DNA of 64,000 bases from an uncultured Chloroflexota bacterium (GCA_913051185.1 CAJXBM010000001.1:6754-70753), one strand, 5' to 3'. Positions 19,742 through 30,209 are shown, counted from the first letter of the stretch. The notes: generated by a model not told the origin, from the letters alone. Made by a program: numbers and translations.

Positions 19742-20568
19742 TGGAGAAGGAACTGTCGAATACCCTGTACATCAGCGTCAGTGAAGCCTAGTTTTTTAAT
19801 ATACGTCTCGGCGTCGCCATAATTTTCATGTAATAAAGAGAGGAAGTCATCCATGTATTCTCGTGGAGTGAGCATTCTTTCGATCGCTTCTTGTCGGGTT
19901 CCTTCAAGCTCTCGGCCACCTTCAACTAGATAATCGTAAAGCCGGTCCGCACTTCGGCTACTCAGTGCATAATCTTCAGCGATAGTGTCGTCATCGACAC
20001 CGAGTAGTTCCAAAAGTAAAGCTGCTGTTAACCCAGTTCGATCTTTACCCGCAGTACAGTGGGCCAAAATCGGGTAGGATTCAGGGTTTAGTATGACCCT
20101 CACCACCTCTCGCCACATTGCTTCTCCACGTTCAAGAAGCGAAAAGTAGCGTGGCCCTGACTGCCCGACGCCATATGCAACGTCTAGTGCAGCTGTGTTG
20201 GATTTCATACTTTGAGAATCATCTATGACTGAAAGATGGTATCTATTGTCAACTAAAGGAACGAGTGCACCTCTGGTTGGTCTTAATTCATCGGGATGCC
20301 GCAGATCTATGATGGTTCGAATTGCAAATTTTTCTTGCAGGTCTTTGGCTTCGTCTGTCTCAATAAGGTCTGGTGATCCACATCTAAATAATAGATTTGA
20401 TTTTATCTTTTGGTCTGTTGAAGTGGCGTAACCGCCGAAATCACGGAAGTTGAATGTTCCATGAGTATCTATTATTTGTGGCATATTATTCTCTTTTGCT
20501 GTTAGAGCTAAGTGCCCATCCTTTAAAGACAAAATCTTTATGAGAAAGAGGAGTCGAGAAATACTCAA
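19738..20568 (-). CDS. protein tyrosine/serine phosphatase-like (Y_phosphatase3 family, CX5R active site)
   Basis: HCTAGKDRTG is a P-loop CX5R motif. The track start is TTG at 20568. The alternative ATG at 20484 (MPQIIDTHG) would remove the hydrophobic N-terminus, which may be a signal peptide. Confidence 0.6.
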   Translation of the reverse strand: MSISRLLFLIKILSLKDGHLALTAKENNMPQIIDTHGTFNFRDFGGYATSTDQKIKSNLLFRCGSPDLIETDEAKDLQEKFAIRTIIDLRHPDELRPTRGALVPLVDNRYHLSVIDDSQSMKSNTAALDVAYGVGQSGPRYFSLLERGEAMWREVVRVILNPESYPILAHCTAGKDRTGLTAALLLELLGVDDDTIAEDYALSSRSADRLYDYLVEGGRELEGTRQEAIERMLTPREYMDDFLSLLHENYGDAETYIKKLGFTDADVQGIRQFLLQ

Positions 20569-20689
20569 CCCCCCCTTCTATAGGCTCCGCTAAGGAAAGC
20601 AGTGTTGGCTACTTGTTTTATCCCCGCGCCGAGACTACCACCAAGATATCAAAATTCTTGCTTGAGTTGAAGCGTTAAGGTCTCAAGCG

Positions 20690-22747
20690 TTAGGACACTA
20701 GCTCGTCAACCGGGATGTGACATCGGATGATGTGGTCAGGCGAGTTACCTGCTTGGGCAGGAGGTTCTACTTCATCGCATCGATTATCAATTTTCTTATG
20801 GCATCGGTCAGCGAAAAAACAACCAGTGAATCGTTCGCGCATTGTTGGAACTGCGCCATCTAATCTAATTATGCTGGGTGTCGCATCAGGATCAGGCTCA
20901 GGTGCCGCGGACAGTAACGCTTCCGTGTACGGGTGAGATGGTGCGGACAAGACGTCATCGGCGGGTCCTTGCTCAGCGACATGTCCCGCGTACATCACCA
21001 TGATGTCGTCGGACACGTATCTAACAACGCCTAGGTCATGAGAGATGAATACGAAGCTAGTTTCATTTTCCTGTTGATTGCTAAGTAATAGATTGAGTAC
21101 TTGTGCCTGCACAGATACGTCTAAGGCAGACACTGCTTCATCGGCGAGAATTGCCTTAGGATTTGCAGCGAAGGCGGATGCAAGCGCAACTCGTTGTTGT
21201 TCCCCACCAGATAATTCACTTGGAATTCGTTCTATGTAATCTGGATTAAGGCCCACAGCTTCGAGTAAAGCGCGTGCTTCATCGTATGCACCTTGATTAT
21301 CCAACCCTCCGAAAAGCTTTAACGATCGAGTGATTGCGTGTTTTATTGGTAACTTGGGATTGAGCGATGCAGTAGGGTTTTGAAATACCATACGTAGATC
21401 TGCACGTTGTTCGCTGGTGCGATCTGCTGAATCAGTCTCGAGTTCATCTCCATTTAGAAGCATTGATCCTGAAGATTTTTGAGTGAGTCCTATTAGGGCT
21501 CTTGCGGTTGTCGACTTTCCTGAGCCACTCTCGCCGACAATTCCTAGCGTTCTTGATTTCGTGACTTTAAAATTTGCGTCGACTACAGCACGGACCGGTG
21601 GTTGTGCCTCGGCTCCAAACAGGATGTATTTTTTCCCTTGTCGCGAGCGATACCGGACGTTCAGATCATCAGCTTGAATGACCACCGCATTGTCATCACT
21701 TTCGAAATCACGTCGCGGCCTTAACTCTCCCCAGATATCTGGTGTAACTTCGTCCGGAAAAAAACATCGTACCCGATGGTCATCGGTGTCACTTATTTGA
21801 GGAGCATTTTGAGTACATTCATCTTTGGCAATTGGACATCTTGGAGCAAACAAGCATTCATTGCCTGCTTCAAGGCGGGCTTCAAAAACCGATCCTGGAA
21901 TACTTTTCAGTCTAGGTGTAATACCACTCTCGTTCGCAGGCTTTGGCACGCACGAAAGTAATCCTGCAGTGTACGGATGTTGTGGAGAATTGAATATGCT
22001 TTTTACCGGAGCATCTTCCACAGTTTGTGACGCATACATGACTGTGACACGATCAGCTACGCGAGCTATTACGCCGAGGTTGTGGCTAACGAAGAGAATT
22101 CCGGCATTTACGCGATCTTTTAAGTCGACAATCAAGTCAAGAATTGTGGCTTCAGTTGTGACATCTAGTCCCGTGGTCGGTTCATCCATGATTAGTAAAT
22201 CAGGCTCACATGCGAGTGCGAGTGCTATCACCACACGTTGTTGCATTCCGCCAGATAGTTCGTGGGGATATCTTTCGCCGATAGTATCTGGAGAAGCTAA
22301 ACCTACAGACTCAAAGAGCTCAACTGCCTTGGCTCTAATTTCCTGTTTTCCTAGATCAAGATGTGTTTTTAGCACTTCTTCCATCTGTGGCCCAATTTTC
22401 ATCGTAGGATTCAACGATGTTTGAGGATCTTGATAGACCATTGCTATTCGATTCCCACGAAGGGACTCTAGCTCAGATTCATCAATACCAACCAAATTTC
22501 TGCCGTCATACAAGATTTCACCATCAACCTGTACGATACCCGGGAGGTAGCCCATAATTGAGTAAGCAACAGTTGACTTGCCACAGCCAGATTCTCCAAC
22601 AAGTCCAACTACTTCACCTCTGCGGACCGTGAACGATGCATCTCGAACAGCGCGCACGGTTCCACGAGGTGTAAAAAAACTTACCCCGAGATTTTTAACT
22701 TCTAATAGGGGAGGAGAGTCTAGATTATTGATTGAGTTGTTGGTCAT
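20690..22747 (-). CDS. ABC transporter ATP-binding protein, fused tandem NBDs (DppD-DppF-like)
   Basis: 685 aa with two Walker A motifs (GESGCGKST, GESGSGKST), two LSGG signature motifs and oligopeptide-type C-terminal extensions. Confidence 0.9.
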   Translation of the reverse strand: MTNNSINNLDSPPLLEVKNLGVSFFTPRGTVRAVRDASFTVRRGEVVGLVGESGCGKSTVAYSIMGYLPGIVQVDGEILYDGRNLVGIDESELESLRGNRIAMVYQDPQTSLNPTMKIGPQMEEVLKTHLDLGKQEIRAKAVELFESVGLASPDTIGERYPHELSGGMQQRVVIALALACEPDLLIMDEPTTGLDVTTEATILDLIVDLKDRVNAGILFVSHNLGVIARVADRVTVMYASQTVEDAPVKSIFNSPQHPYTAGLLSCVPKPANESGITPRLKSIPGSVFEARLEAGNECLFAPRCPIAKDECTQNAPQISDTDDHRVRCFFPDEVTPDIWGELRPRRDFESDDNAVVIQADDLNVRYRSRQGKKYILFGAEAQPPVRAVVDANFKVTKSRTLGIVGESGSGKSTTARALIGLTQKSSGSMLLNGDELETDSADRTSEQRADLRMVFQNPTASLNPKLPIKHAITRSLKLFGGLDNQGAYDEARALLEAVGLNPDYIERIPSELSGGEQQRVALASAFAANPKAILADEAVSALDVSVQAQVLNLLLSNQQENETSFVFISHDLGVVRYVSDDIMVMYAGHVAEQGPADDVLSAPSHPYTEALLSAAPEPDPDATPSIIRLDGAVPTMRERFTGCFFADRCHKKIDNRCDEVEPPAQAGNSPDHIIRCHIPVDELVS

Positions 22748-23694
22748 TCTGGTAGCTCCGTCGGCAATTTTTGGGCATCACGAATGCCTTCAGTTAATAA
22801 ATTTACGCCAACAACTAGTGAAGCGACTGCCGCTGCTGGTGCAAGCGGAACCCACGGTGCGCGCGTCAGAATTGAACGACTATCTGAGATCATCGCACCC
22901 CAGTCTGGCGAGGGTGGTTCGACTCCGAGGCCGAGGAATCCTAACGACGACGCCAGAAGGATTGCGTAGGAAAACCGAACAGAACCTTCAACTGCAAGTA
23001 CAGGTAACGCGTTCGGAAGAATTTCTTTGAAAATAATATAGTAAGCTGATTCTCCTCGCAGTCGTGCGGAGTCTACATACTCTTGTGTTTTGATTGTGAG
23101 GGTTGCAGACCTTAGGACACGAGCTACTCGAGGTGCATGCACAATAGCCATCGTGCCTATTACCAAAATGGACTCTTTACCGGTCGCAAACACCGATGAC
23201 ACTCCGTCAAGCCATACCAGTGAGTCTGATACCGATAGGACTAAAAGTGCCAGTAGGAGAGAAGGGAATGACATCAATCCATCAGCTACGCGCATTATTA
23301 TTTCATCAGATTTTCCGCCAAGATATCCACTGCTCATTCCAATAGCCGTGCCAAGTGCCACGCCCAGAATCGAGCCTATTGCCGAAATCAGGATTATCGA
23401 CCGAGCACCACTAAGTAAACGACTGAATACATCTCGACCGAACTGGTCAGTTCCTAGAATATGCGGGATAGTGCCTTCAGCAGCGTCCGTAAATGGTCTA
23501 ACGTAAGTCGCATCGGAAAAGTCTGTTGGACTATATGGTGCGAGATAAGATCCAAACACTGCTAAGAGCACGTGTAGTATGACCAGCGGCAGGCCAATTC
23601 GTCCTGCAGGTGTTCTGAACGCGTTGGTGAATGGTTTAAAAATATCCTTGATACGAACAGATGAAGGTCGTGTGGTTGTGGCTTTTTCGATCAT
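22744..23694 (-). CDS. ABC transporter permease (DppC-like)
   Basis: 316 aa with GTDQFGRDVFSRLLSGAR and EAA-like YVDSARLRGES. It has 4 nt overlaps with both neighbours. Confidence 0.85.
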   Translation of the reverse strand: MIEKATTTRPSSVRIKDIFKPFTNAFRTPAGRIGLPLVILHVLLAVFGSYLAPYSPTDFSDATYVRPFTDAAEGTIPHILGTDQFGRDVFSRLLSGARSIILISAIGSILGVALGTAIGMSSGYLGGKSDEIIMRVADGLMSFPSLLLALLVLSVSDSLVWLDGVSSVFATGKESILVIGTMAIVHAPRVARVLRSATLTIKTQEYVDSARLRGESAYYIIFKEILPNALPVLAVEGSVRFSYAILLASSLGFLGLGVEPPSPDWGAMISDSRSILTRAPWVPLAPAAAVASLVVGVNLLTEGIRDAQKLPTELPE

Positions 23695-24638
23695 GACGAA
23701 ATCCTAATTCTTGGATTTAGCCAAGCGTAGGCGAGATCGGCAAACAAATTACTAATAGCGTATGTTGCAGCGATTAGTAACGAAATTGCCTGCAACATTG
23801 GTAAATCACGTCGATTCACAGCATTGATCAAGCTAAGTCCCAAACCTGGGTACGCAAACACGCTTTCAACGATTATCAGCCCACCTAGCATCCAACCGAC
23901 GTTGATAGAGATGACACTGATTGTCGGTAGCATTGCATTTGGGACCGCGTGCTTCCAAATAACTTGCCACCTCGGCAACCCTTTGAGTATTGCTGTTCTG
24001 ACGTAATTTGTGTTCAATGCCTCTATTACGTTCGCTCGCGTCATTCTCATGATGTAGCCGAACAGGACGGCCGTCATAGTGGCTATAGGCATAATTAGTA
24101 TGATTGGTCGATCTAGGGGCGAGGCACCGGGCATCACGAGACTTGAGGAAGGTAACCAATTCAAAGTAGAAGAAAATACTACTATTAAAATAAAACCCGT
24201 GACGAATTCTGGTAGGGAAATTGCAACCAAGGAAATTACACTCACGGTGTGGTCAGCATTTGAACCTTGTTTCACACCTGCCCAGACGCCAACTAAGATT
24301 GCGCTTGGGACAGAAATTAGGAATGCTGTAATTGCTAAAACAAGCGAATTTTGCAGACGGCTGCCAAGTATTTCGGTTACCGGTCTGTCTTGTACGAGTG
24401 AATTACCTAAATCTCCTTGTAATACTCCGAAAATCCATTCAACATATCTTTGCCATGCGGGTCTGTCTAATCCCATCTGTTCTCGAAGAGTTTCTAGCGC
24501 TCCTGGTGTACGACTCTTACCCAAGATGGCTTCAGCTACGTCACCAGGCAACACTTCAGTAACACCAAAAATCGCAAGTGAGACGACGGCAAGTGTAATA
24601 AATATCAGTGTGAAACGTACCAAAAGAAAACGAAGCAT
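23691..24638 (-). CDS. ABC transporter permease (DppB-like)
   Basis: 315 aa with the DppB-type N-terminus MLRFLLVRFTLIFITLAV and YVRTAILKGLPRWQV. Confidence 0.85.
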   Translation of the reverse strand: MLRFLLVRFTLIFITLAVVSLAIFGVTEVLPGDVAEAILGKSRTPGALETLREQMGLDRPAWQRYVEWIFGVLQGDLGNSLVQDRPVTEILGSRLQNSLVLAITAFLISVPSAILVGVWAGVKQGSNADHTVSVISLVAISLPEFVTGFILIVVFSSTLNWLPSSSLVMPGASPLDRPIILIMPIATMTAVLFGYIMRMTRANVIEALNTNYVRTAILKGLPRWQVIWKHAVPNAMLPTISVISINVGWMLGGLIIVESVFAYPGLGLSLINAVNRRDLPMLQAISLLIAATYAISNLFADLAYAWLNPRIRISS

Positions 24639-24676
24639 GGATACCTAACTGATCGAGATATGAAGAGTTAACGATT

Positions 24677-24710
24677 CCAAGAGATGAGTCTTATAAGACT
24701 CATCTCTTGG
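24677..24710 (-). terminator. intercistronic perfect hairpin (15 bp stem, TATA loop) between SBP and permease genes; no U-tract
   Basis: ccaagagatgagtct-tata-agactcatctcttgg. This parallels the hairpin at 5605-5634 at the other SBP/permease junction. Confidence 0.55.
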
Positions 24711-24733
24711 ACATTTCGCTAATTTGTTGAAAA

Positions 24734-26329
24734 TTATGACGCAAAGTAACCGCGTGACAAGAATGGCCAGCGGCTTGGGTGTGCCTCAATATTTTGAACA
24801 TTATTACCAACACCCATCAGAGTGCTGGAGAATACTGGAATTACTCGGTAGGCCTGCTCCACAAGGTGCTTTTGAATAGCGCTGTATGTAGCCTTACGTC
24901 CCTCGAGGTCTTCACCACGAGCACGCTCGATGAGTCCATCGAGTGCATCATCCTGATGGAAAGTTTCATTCCACGGTGCATCTCCGTGATACACGATGCT
25001 GAGTGCAGCGTCAGGGTTTCGACCATTCCAGTTAACAGTTAGCATCTGCACGTCTTCACGGTTCAACCACCATTTTGACCAATACTCATCTTCAGGCTTT
25101 TTGTCGATCGTTGCGTTAATACCCGCATCTCTCGCATATTCCTGGAAGGTAAGTGCGATCTCTTCGTGGTTAGCAGCACCCATAGTTGTTACTGGTACAT
25201 CGAGGCCGTCAGCGTAACCAGCTGCAGTCAATAAATCCTTAGCTTTTTTAGGATCGTATCCAGGAATTGCTACACCTGAGTCGTAGTGCGGATCATTTGG
25301 AGCGATTGGATGATCGTTAGCAATAGCACCTAGACCCTCCAATACTTTCGCTAAGTTTTGATCACGATTTGTTGCTGCTTGAACTGCTTGTCGGACTCGA
25401 ATGTCGTTAAAAGGCGCAATTAAGGTATTCATTGCCAGTGTCATGTACGACGCCGAAGTTGCCTGTGATGCTCGAGCGTTACCGCTTGCGTTCACCTCAG
25501 GAACTGATGCCGGAGTTAGACGATTGACTTGATCGAGTTGACCACCTTTGAGTGATTCAATCCGAGTTTCTGGCTCGGGGAGATAATAAAACTGAATCGC
25601 ATCAAAGAAGGTGTTGTCAGCATCCCAATAGTCGGCATTGCGTTCAAACTGAGTTGCCTCGCCTGGAACGTTAGTCGTCATTCTGAATGGACCGGAACCG
25701 ACATATTTGCCAATTCCCCAGTTACCTGGATCGTCGTGCTGAGGGGCGATCTTACCCTGGTAAAAAGAAAGAGTGTTTAGCCAAAACGCGTTTGGCTTGT
25801 CGAGTGTCATCTTTACGGTATTGTCGTCAATTACCTCTGTGGTGCCTCCATTTGCTGGATCAAGCGATCCAAGCTGACCTGCTGGCGGGGCTTCTAGGGC
25901 AAAAATACGATCAAATGTGAATTTGACGTCATCAGCAGTGACGTCTTCTCCGTCGTGAAACTTATTTCCCTCGCGAAGTTTAAATGTGTATTCTCTTTGG
26001 TCTGGAGTTTCCCAAGATGCAGCGACGCCACCACTTAGGGTTAAATCATGCTGTTTAACAATGAGATTTTCTCCAGCTTGCCAACCAATTGCAGCTTCGG
26101 CATCACTTGTGAAAAATGCGGGGTCAGTTGTGGATAGCTCTATGTCTGGAGCGGAGCGAAGAGTTCCGCCCTTATTCCCTGATACTTTTGTCGAACCGCT
26201 GTCGTCGCTGCTACATCCAATTAATGCAGCTCCTGCAAGTCCAGCTCCACCAAGGGCTGCACCACGCATTAGCTGTCGCCTGGATACTTGTTTTCGGCTC
26301 CAATAACTACTCGTTAATTTCTCTGTCAT
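24734..26329 (-). CDS. ABC transporter substrate-binding lipoprotein, family 5 (DppA/OppA-like), Tat-type signal
   Basis: 531 aa with SRRQLMRGAALGGAGLAGAALIGCSS (RR motif plus lipobox) and the SBP_bac_5 body. Confidence 0.85.
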   Translation of the reverse strand: MTEKLTSSYWSRKQVSRRQLMRGAALGGAGLAGAALIGCSSDDSGSTKVSGNKGGTLRSAPDIELSTTDPAFFTSDAEAAIGWQAGENLIVKQHDLTLSGGVAASWETPDQREYTFKLREGNKFHDGEDVTADDVKFTFDRIFALEAPPAGQLGSLDPANGGTTEVIDDNTVKMTLDKPNAFWLNTLSFYQGKIAPQHDDPGNWGIGKYVGSGPFRMTTNVPGEATQFERNADYWDADNTFFDAIQFYYLPEPETRIESLKGGQLDQVNRLTPASVPEVNASGNARASQATSASYMTLAMNTLIAPFNDIRVRQAVQAATNRDQNLAKVLEGLGAIANDHPIAPNDPHYDSGVAIPGYDPKKAKDLLTAAGYADGLDVPVTTMGAANHEEIALTFQEYARDAGINATIDKKPEDEYWSKWWLNREDVQMLTVNWNGRNPDAALSIVYHGDAPWNETFHQDDALDGLIERARGEDLEGRKATYSAIQKHLVEQAYRVIPVFSSTLMGVGNNVQNIEAHPSRWPFLSRGYFAS

Positions 26330-26760
26330 AAGTTTCTCCTTAACTATTTTGACGCTCCATTATTCAACACAGCAATTTCCCGCTCAAGACTTCGTTGAGC
26401 TAAGAAACTTACCCGGGTCAACTCGGACTCAGTGACGAAACTGCGTTTGACTAGCTGTTTTATACAGCACACCGAGTCGTTATTTTGATCGGTGGTCACA
26501 GTAAGCCAGTTTCGTGGTCGGCTGTGTGGGTTACCTAACGCTAGTTAAGGTACTAAAGATTGTTTTAAATATCAAGTCATTAATCATGAGTTTGTTTATC
26601 AGGAATAATTACTTCACGTTCGCCAGAATTGATTAACCGCATGTGATTTAAGGGTTCTACTTTTGAGAAATCTAGTTTGCACTTTGTTCTACGCTACATT
26701 CGTGATATCCATTAGATTAATTGCAGGAAGCCATTCTGGTATTTGATAGGGAGCTTATTT

Positions 26761-27840
26761 ATGGATACAAAAACAGGACAGTTTAAGGTTGCTATTCAGA
26801 AACCAAGACAGATTCAACAGGCTGGGGGATCTCAGTTCAATATTGCAGATTCTTATGAGTTAGAACGCGAGGCATTAGACCCTATCGGAGCCGAGATAGT
26901 TGAGATAGATGCAGAGACCGATCAAGAATTCATAGAAATGGCAAAGGGTGCCGATGCAGTAATTGCCCGTGGGCGAAGAATTAACGCCGAGATTATTGCC
27001 GGACTCGAGAAATGCGTGGTAATTGGTGTCGGGAGCGTCGGTACGGATACTGTTGACGTGTTGGCTGCGACTGATGCAGGGATTCCCGTGACCAATGTGC
27101 CGGATACATTTATTGAAGAGGTTGCTGACCACGCGCTCACACTTTTGTTGGCCGCGCACAGGCGACTGTATGAGATGCGAGATTTAATGCTTGCAGGTCG
27201 CTTTTCGGAGGGGCACCCATATCTTAGGCAATATCCAAGACTCTATGGTCAGACTATAGGACTCATATCATTCGGTAATGTGGCGCATGCGGTGGCTAGG
27301 CGATGTAAGTCCTTTGGCTTGCACGTTATAGCCCATGATCCATACGTAAGTGAGATAGAGATGACAGCTCAAGGTGTAGAACCCGTTGGCTATCAGGAAT
27401 TATTTGAAAGATCTGATTTTGTTTCTAATCATGCGCCGTATAACGAGGAAACCCATCATATGATTTCAACGAACCAATTTGGTGCAATGAAGAACTCTGC
27501 AATGTTTATAAATACGGGCCGAGGTGGATGCCACGATGAGGAAGCCTTAATTGCTGCCCTTGAATCAGGTCAAATAGCTGGGGCTGGACTCGATGTATTT
27601 GAGATAGAGCCGACAGATCGTGAGAATCCTCTTCTAGCCATGTCTAATGTGATAGTCACACCACATGTGGCGTCTGCTAGTTCCCGGATGATGCCGGAGG
27701 CACGAAGGAAACTAGGTCGCGAGATTGCTACTGCTCTGTTGGGTCGATGGCCGCGAAGCGCAGTGAACCCAGACGTATTGCGAGACTCAAAGCTGCAGCG
27801 TTGGCAGCCAATGCCAATGGATCGTGGTCCAAACCGTTAG
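26761..27840 (+). CDS. D-isomer-specific 2-hydroxyacid dehydrogenase family protein (glyoxylate/hydroxypyruvate reductase / PGDH-like)
   Basis: The track ORF starts at TTG 26743. ATG 26761 with GGGAG at 7 nt is preferred. It has an NAD-binding GxGxxG region (ISFGNVAHAVARR) and the catalytic region TPHVASAS. Confidence 0.8.
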   Translation: MDTKTGQFKVAIQKPRQIQQAGGSQFNIADSYELEREALDPIGAEIVEIDAETDQEFIEMAKGADAVIARGRRINAEIIAGLEKCVVIGVGSVGTDTVDVLAATDAGIPVTNVPDTFIEEVADHALTLLLAAHRRLYEMRDLMLAGRFSEGHPYLRQYPRLYGQTIGLISFGNVAHAVARRCKSFGLHVIAHDPYVSEIEMTAQGVEPVGYQELFERSDFVSNHAPYNEETHHMISTNQFGAMKNSAMFINTGRGGCHDEEALIAALESGQIAGAGLDVFEIEPTDRENPLLAMSNVIVTPHVASASSRMMPEARRKLGREIATALLGRWPRSAVNPDVLRDSKLQRWQPMPMDRGPNR

Positions 27841-27854
27841 TGAATTTACGAATA

Positions 27855-28328
27855 TTAGTTTTTAATATTTAGTATCTGTAGAGCAATTTCGCCCTTCGGG
27901 GCGTCGAATTTCGCGAGCTCACCACTTGCGCGATTAAAAAGAGCTTCGCCCATGGGTGATTCGATGGATATATGGGTTGGGGGATTAGCCTCGACGTGCG
28001 AGACCAGTGTAATCTCCCGTTCGTTGCCATTTGCATCACGAATTGTAATAACTGACCCCAATCCAGATCTTCCATCGTTACGGTTGCTTTGGATCACCGC
28101 ATTATTAATTTGTGCCTCAAGGTCTCGAATCGATGACTGTAACTTGGACATTTCCTCACGTGCGGCATGCAAAGGAGCATTTTCACTAAAATCGCCGTCT
28201 GCTCTGGTTCGATGTAATTCCTGAGACAATTCAGGTACACGAGCGTTTAGCTCGATCAAATTTTTTTTCATCGTTTCGAAGTCTTCTTCCGTGACTAGCA
28301 CTGCCTCCGGATTATTTTCATCTGCCAT
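27855..28328 (-). CDS. greA: transcription elongation factor GreA
   Basis: 157 aa with an N-terminal coiled-coil and a C-terminal FKBP-like domain (GLGSVITIRDANGNEREITLVSHVEANP). Confidence 0.9.
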   Translation of the reverse strand: MADENNPEAVLVTEEDFETMKKNLIELNARVPELSQELHRTRADGDFSENAPLHAAREEMSKLQSSIRDLEAQINNAVIQSNRNDGRSGLGSVITIRDANGNEREITLVSHVEANPPTHISIESPMGEALFNRASGELAKFDAPKGEIALQILNIKN

Positions 28329-28458
28329 TTTCTCAAAACCTTTCTATCTAAAATTGTTGATGGACAAAATCTATTCGCTAAATATCAAATCTTAAGCAGT
28401 CGTATCAATTAAATTGGACATAACATCGATTGTTAAAGTTGAATATTGAGGATACACG

Positions 28459-29214
28459 ATGATCAGCTCAATAGTTGCCATCAATTTGGAGCGATATTTA
28501 AGTGATACAGATCTGCCTGTAACAGATCAAACTGTGGCCATTTTTAGCGATTATCTTTCACTTTTGCAGAAATTTAATCAACGAGCGGGATTTACTTCAC
28601 TTATCGATGACGATGAGATAGTGAAACGTCATTTTATTGAATCGATTGCGTTATTAGTATCAGTGCATGCCACGGGTGTGATCTCAGATTGGGGAATTTT
28701 GAATGCAGTCGATATCGGACCGGGCGGCGGTTTCCCGTCTGTTCCGATGGCAATTATGGACTCACGTTTGCAGCTGAGTCTAGTAGAGTCAAACGGAAAA
28801 CGTGCTCACTATTTAGAGCAAATAATCAGTGATCTTCAGTCACACGGAATACTGGCAAACACCAGAATCCTCAATGCGCGCGCTGAGGATGCGGGTCGAC
28901 TGGATTTTTTTCGGGAATGTCATGATCTGGTTGTATCCAGAGCAGTGGCACCGCTCAATGTACTTGTCGAGTATTCACTGCCGATGTTGAGGGATGGGGG
29001 AATATTTGCGTCAGTAAAAGGATCTCGTGTACATGAGGAGATAGCTGATGCTAAGAATGCCCTGGAAGAACTAGGTGGACAGCTTGTTACTGTATCCGAT
29101 CTGCCTCTAGTAACCACGCCACACCAGCAAAGCGTAGTGATCATCGAGAAAAAAGGTCCAATCGACGAAAAATACCCTAGACGCGCCGGAGTCCCTGTGC
29201 GCCGTCCACTCTAA
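28459..29214 (+). CDS. rsmG: 16S rRNA (guanine527-N7)-methyltransferase RsmG (GidB)
   Basis: 251 aa with the SAM-binding motif DIGPGGGFPSVPMAI and GidB family architecture. It is divergent from greA. Confidence 0.8.
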   Translation: MISSIVAINLERYLSDTDLPVTDQTVAIFSDYLSLLQKFNQRAGFTSLIDDDEIVKRHFIESIALLVSVHATGVISDWGILNAVDIGPGGGFPSVPMAIMDSRLQLSLVESNGKRAHYLEQIISDLQSHGILANTRILNARAEDAGRLDFFRECHDLVVSRAVAPLNVLVEYSLPMLRDGGIFASVKGSRVHEEIADAKNALEELGGQLVTVSDLPLVTTPHQQSVVIIEKKGPIDEKYPRRAGVPVRRPL

Positions 29215-29326
29215 TCTATTCGAAAGGATTTCAGCGCGTAATTCCGAGACCAAAGGATGGTTAAATACTCGTCTAATTCAACTCTAGTCCAGACCTTGCC
29301 GTTGACAATAGTCTTCCTCATGCGAC

Positions 29327-29346
29327 ACGAGCTCGTTTTTTATTTT
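29327..29346 (+). terminator. weak candidate terminator: palindrome ACGAGCTCGT followed by T-run
   Basis: Sequence gacacgagctcgttttttatttt, about 110 nt after the rsmG stop. The stem is short, so confidence is low. Confidence 0.25.
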
Positions 29347-29426
29347 GGTCATTTGGGAACAGGCGTACACTCAGTTATGGGCGTGTCTCAAGTCGTCGAA
29401 CCAGACCAAGTTATGAGGGAGGAATT

Positions 29427-29978
29427 ATGAAAGTCTCTGAGTATCAGGCACTACTTTCAGAATCGCGAAGACCATTTTGTGATTTACTCGGGAGCTGTAG
29501 CGTTAAACAATTAATGGAGAAGTCTAGCGAGGATTCGTGGTGTGCACTCGAAACATTTGAACATCTTGTTCAGTCGGATGTCTATCATTTCTCCGACATT
29601 TTAAGACCATTGTGTGAGGATGAATTCGATCTAATCGCTCTTTTTAGTTCCCGGGTAGAAACAGACGGCGGTAAGGTTTTTGATACTATTCCGTCTCCTG
29701 CTGGTGCAAAATCCAAATCAGAACTTTTAGTCTTGCAGGATGAGGTATACAAAATATTTTATTTAGGTCTTAAAGAATACGATGCACGCCTGGAATTATC
29801 TGAGTCCACCTTGCACCACCCGGTATTTGGAGACTTGCGCGGAATTAATTGGGTTAACTTTTACGCATTTCATGATTGGAATCACTATATTCAAGGTGCC
29901 GTAGCAGCAAATAAGATCGGTGTTATTCCGAAATATGACCCTTATGGGATTCCAAGGCAAACACATCAATCGCAATAA
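29427..29978 (+). CDS. DinB/YfiT-like (DinB_2 superfamily) putative metal-dependent protein
   Basis: 183 aa. His-containing motifs FEHLVQSDVYH and FHDWNHYIQG suggest the DinB-fold His triad. GGAGG RBS. Confidence 0.4.
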   Translation: MKVSEYQALLSESRRPFCDLLGSCSVKQLMEKSSEDSWCALETFEHLVQSDVYHFSDILRPLCEDEFDLIALFSSRVETDGGKVFDTIPSPAGAKSKSELLVLQDEVYKIFYLGLKEYDARLELSESTLHHPVFGDLRGINWVNFYAFHDWNHYIQGAVAANKIGVIPKYDPYGIPRQTHQSQ

Positions 29979-30018
29979 TTGTTATTAAATCTCTGTGACG
30001 AGCTTATATACTCGCACA

Positions 30019-30177
30019 ATGAGACACGAAGAAAAAAATAACAATGATGACAAGAAACCTCTTCACAAAAAAGATGAATGGGGATTTAACTATTGGGAAA
30101 CAGTCACGCAAGCTGAATTAGAAGCATGGCGTGACGAAGCCAAGGCATTTAAGAAGTTCAAGGGAGTTGGCGAATAA
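30019..30177 (+). CDS. hypothetical small basic protein (52 aa from ATG; track ORF 29995 uses GTG)
   Basis: Lys-rich N-terminus and WGFNYWETVTQAELEAWRDEAK. No known motif, so this is speculative. Confidence 0.25.
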   Translation: MRHEEKNNNDDKKPLHKKDEWGFNYWETVTQAELEAWRDEAKAFKKFKGVGE

Positions 30178-30209
30178 CGGGTAAATTTTTGTCGAAATGG
30201 AGAGGGGAA

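Noticed and set aside
21825-22424. 199-aa ORF on the plus strand inside the fused ABC ATPase gene; similar antisense ORFs at 54067-54585, 55774-56565, 24079-24648, 9687-10181, 13357-14409, 8348-9280
   Set aside because: They are fully contained, antisense or alternate-frame, within strongly supported transporter genes. Their composition is Pro/Arg/Ser/Ala-rich and they have no start context.
26330-26760. Possible riboswitch or ncRNA in the 430-nt divergent intergenic region between the Dpp-like SBP gene and the 2-hydroxyacid dehydrogenase
   Set aside because: No recognisable riboswitch core (TPP, SAM, glycine, cobalamin) or convincing conserved structure by eye. It is probably two divergent promoters, but an Infernal scan would be needed.
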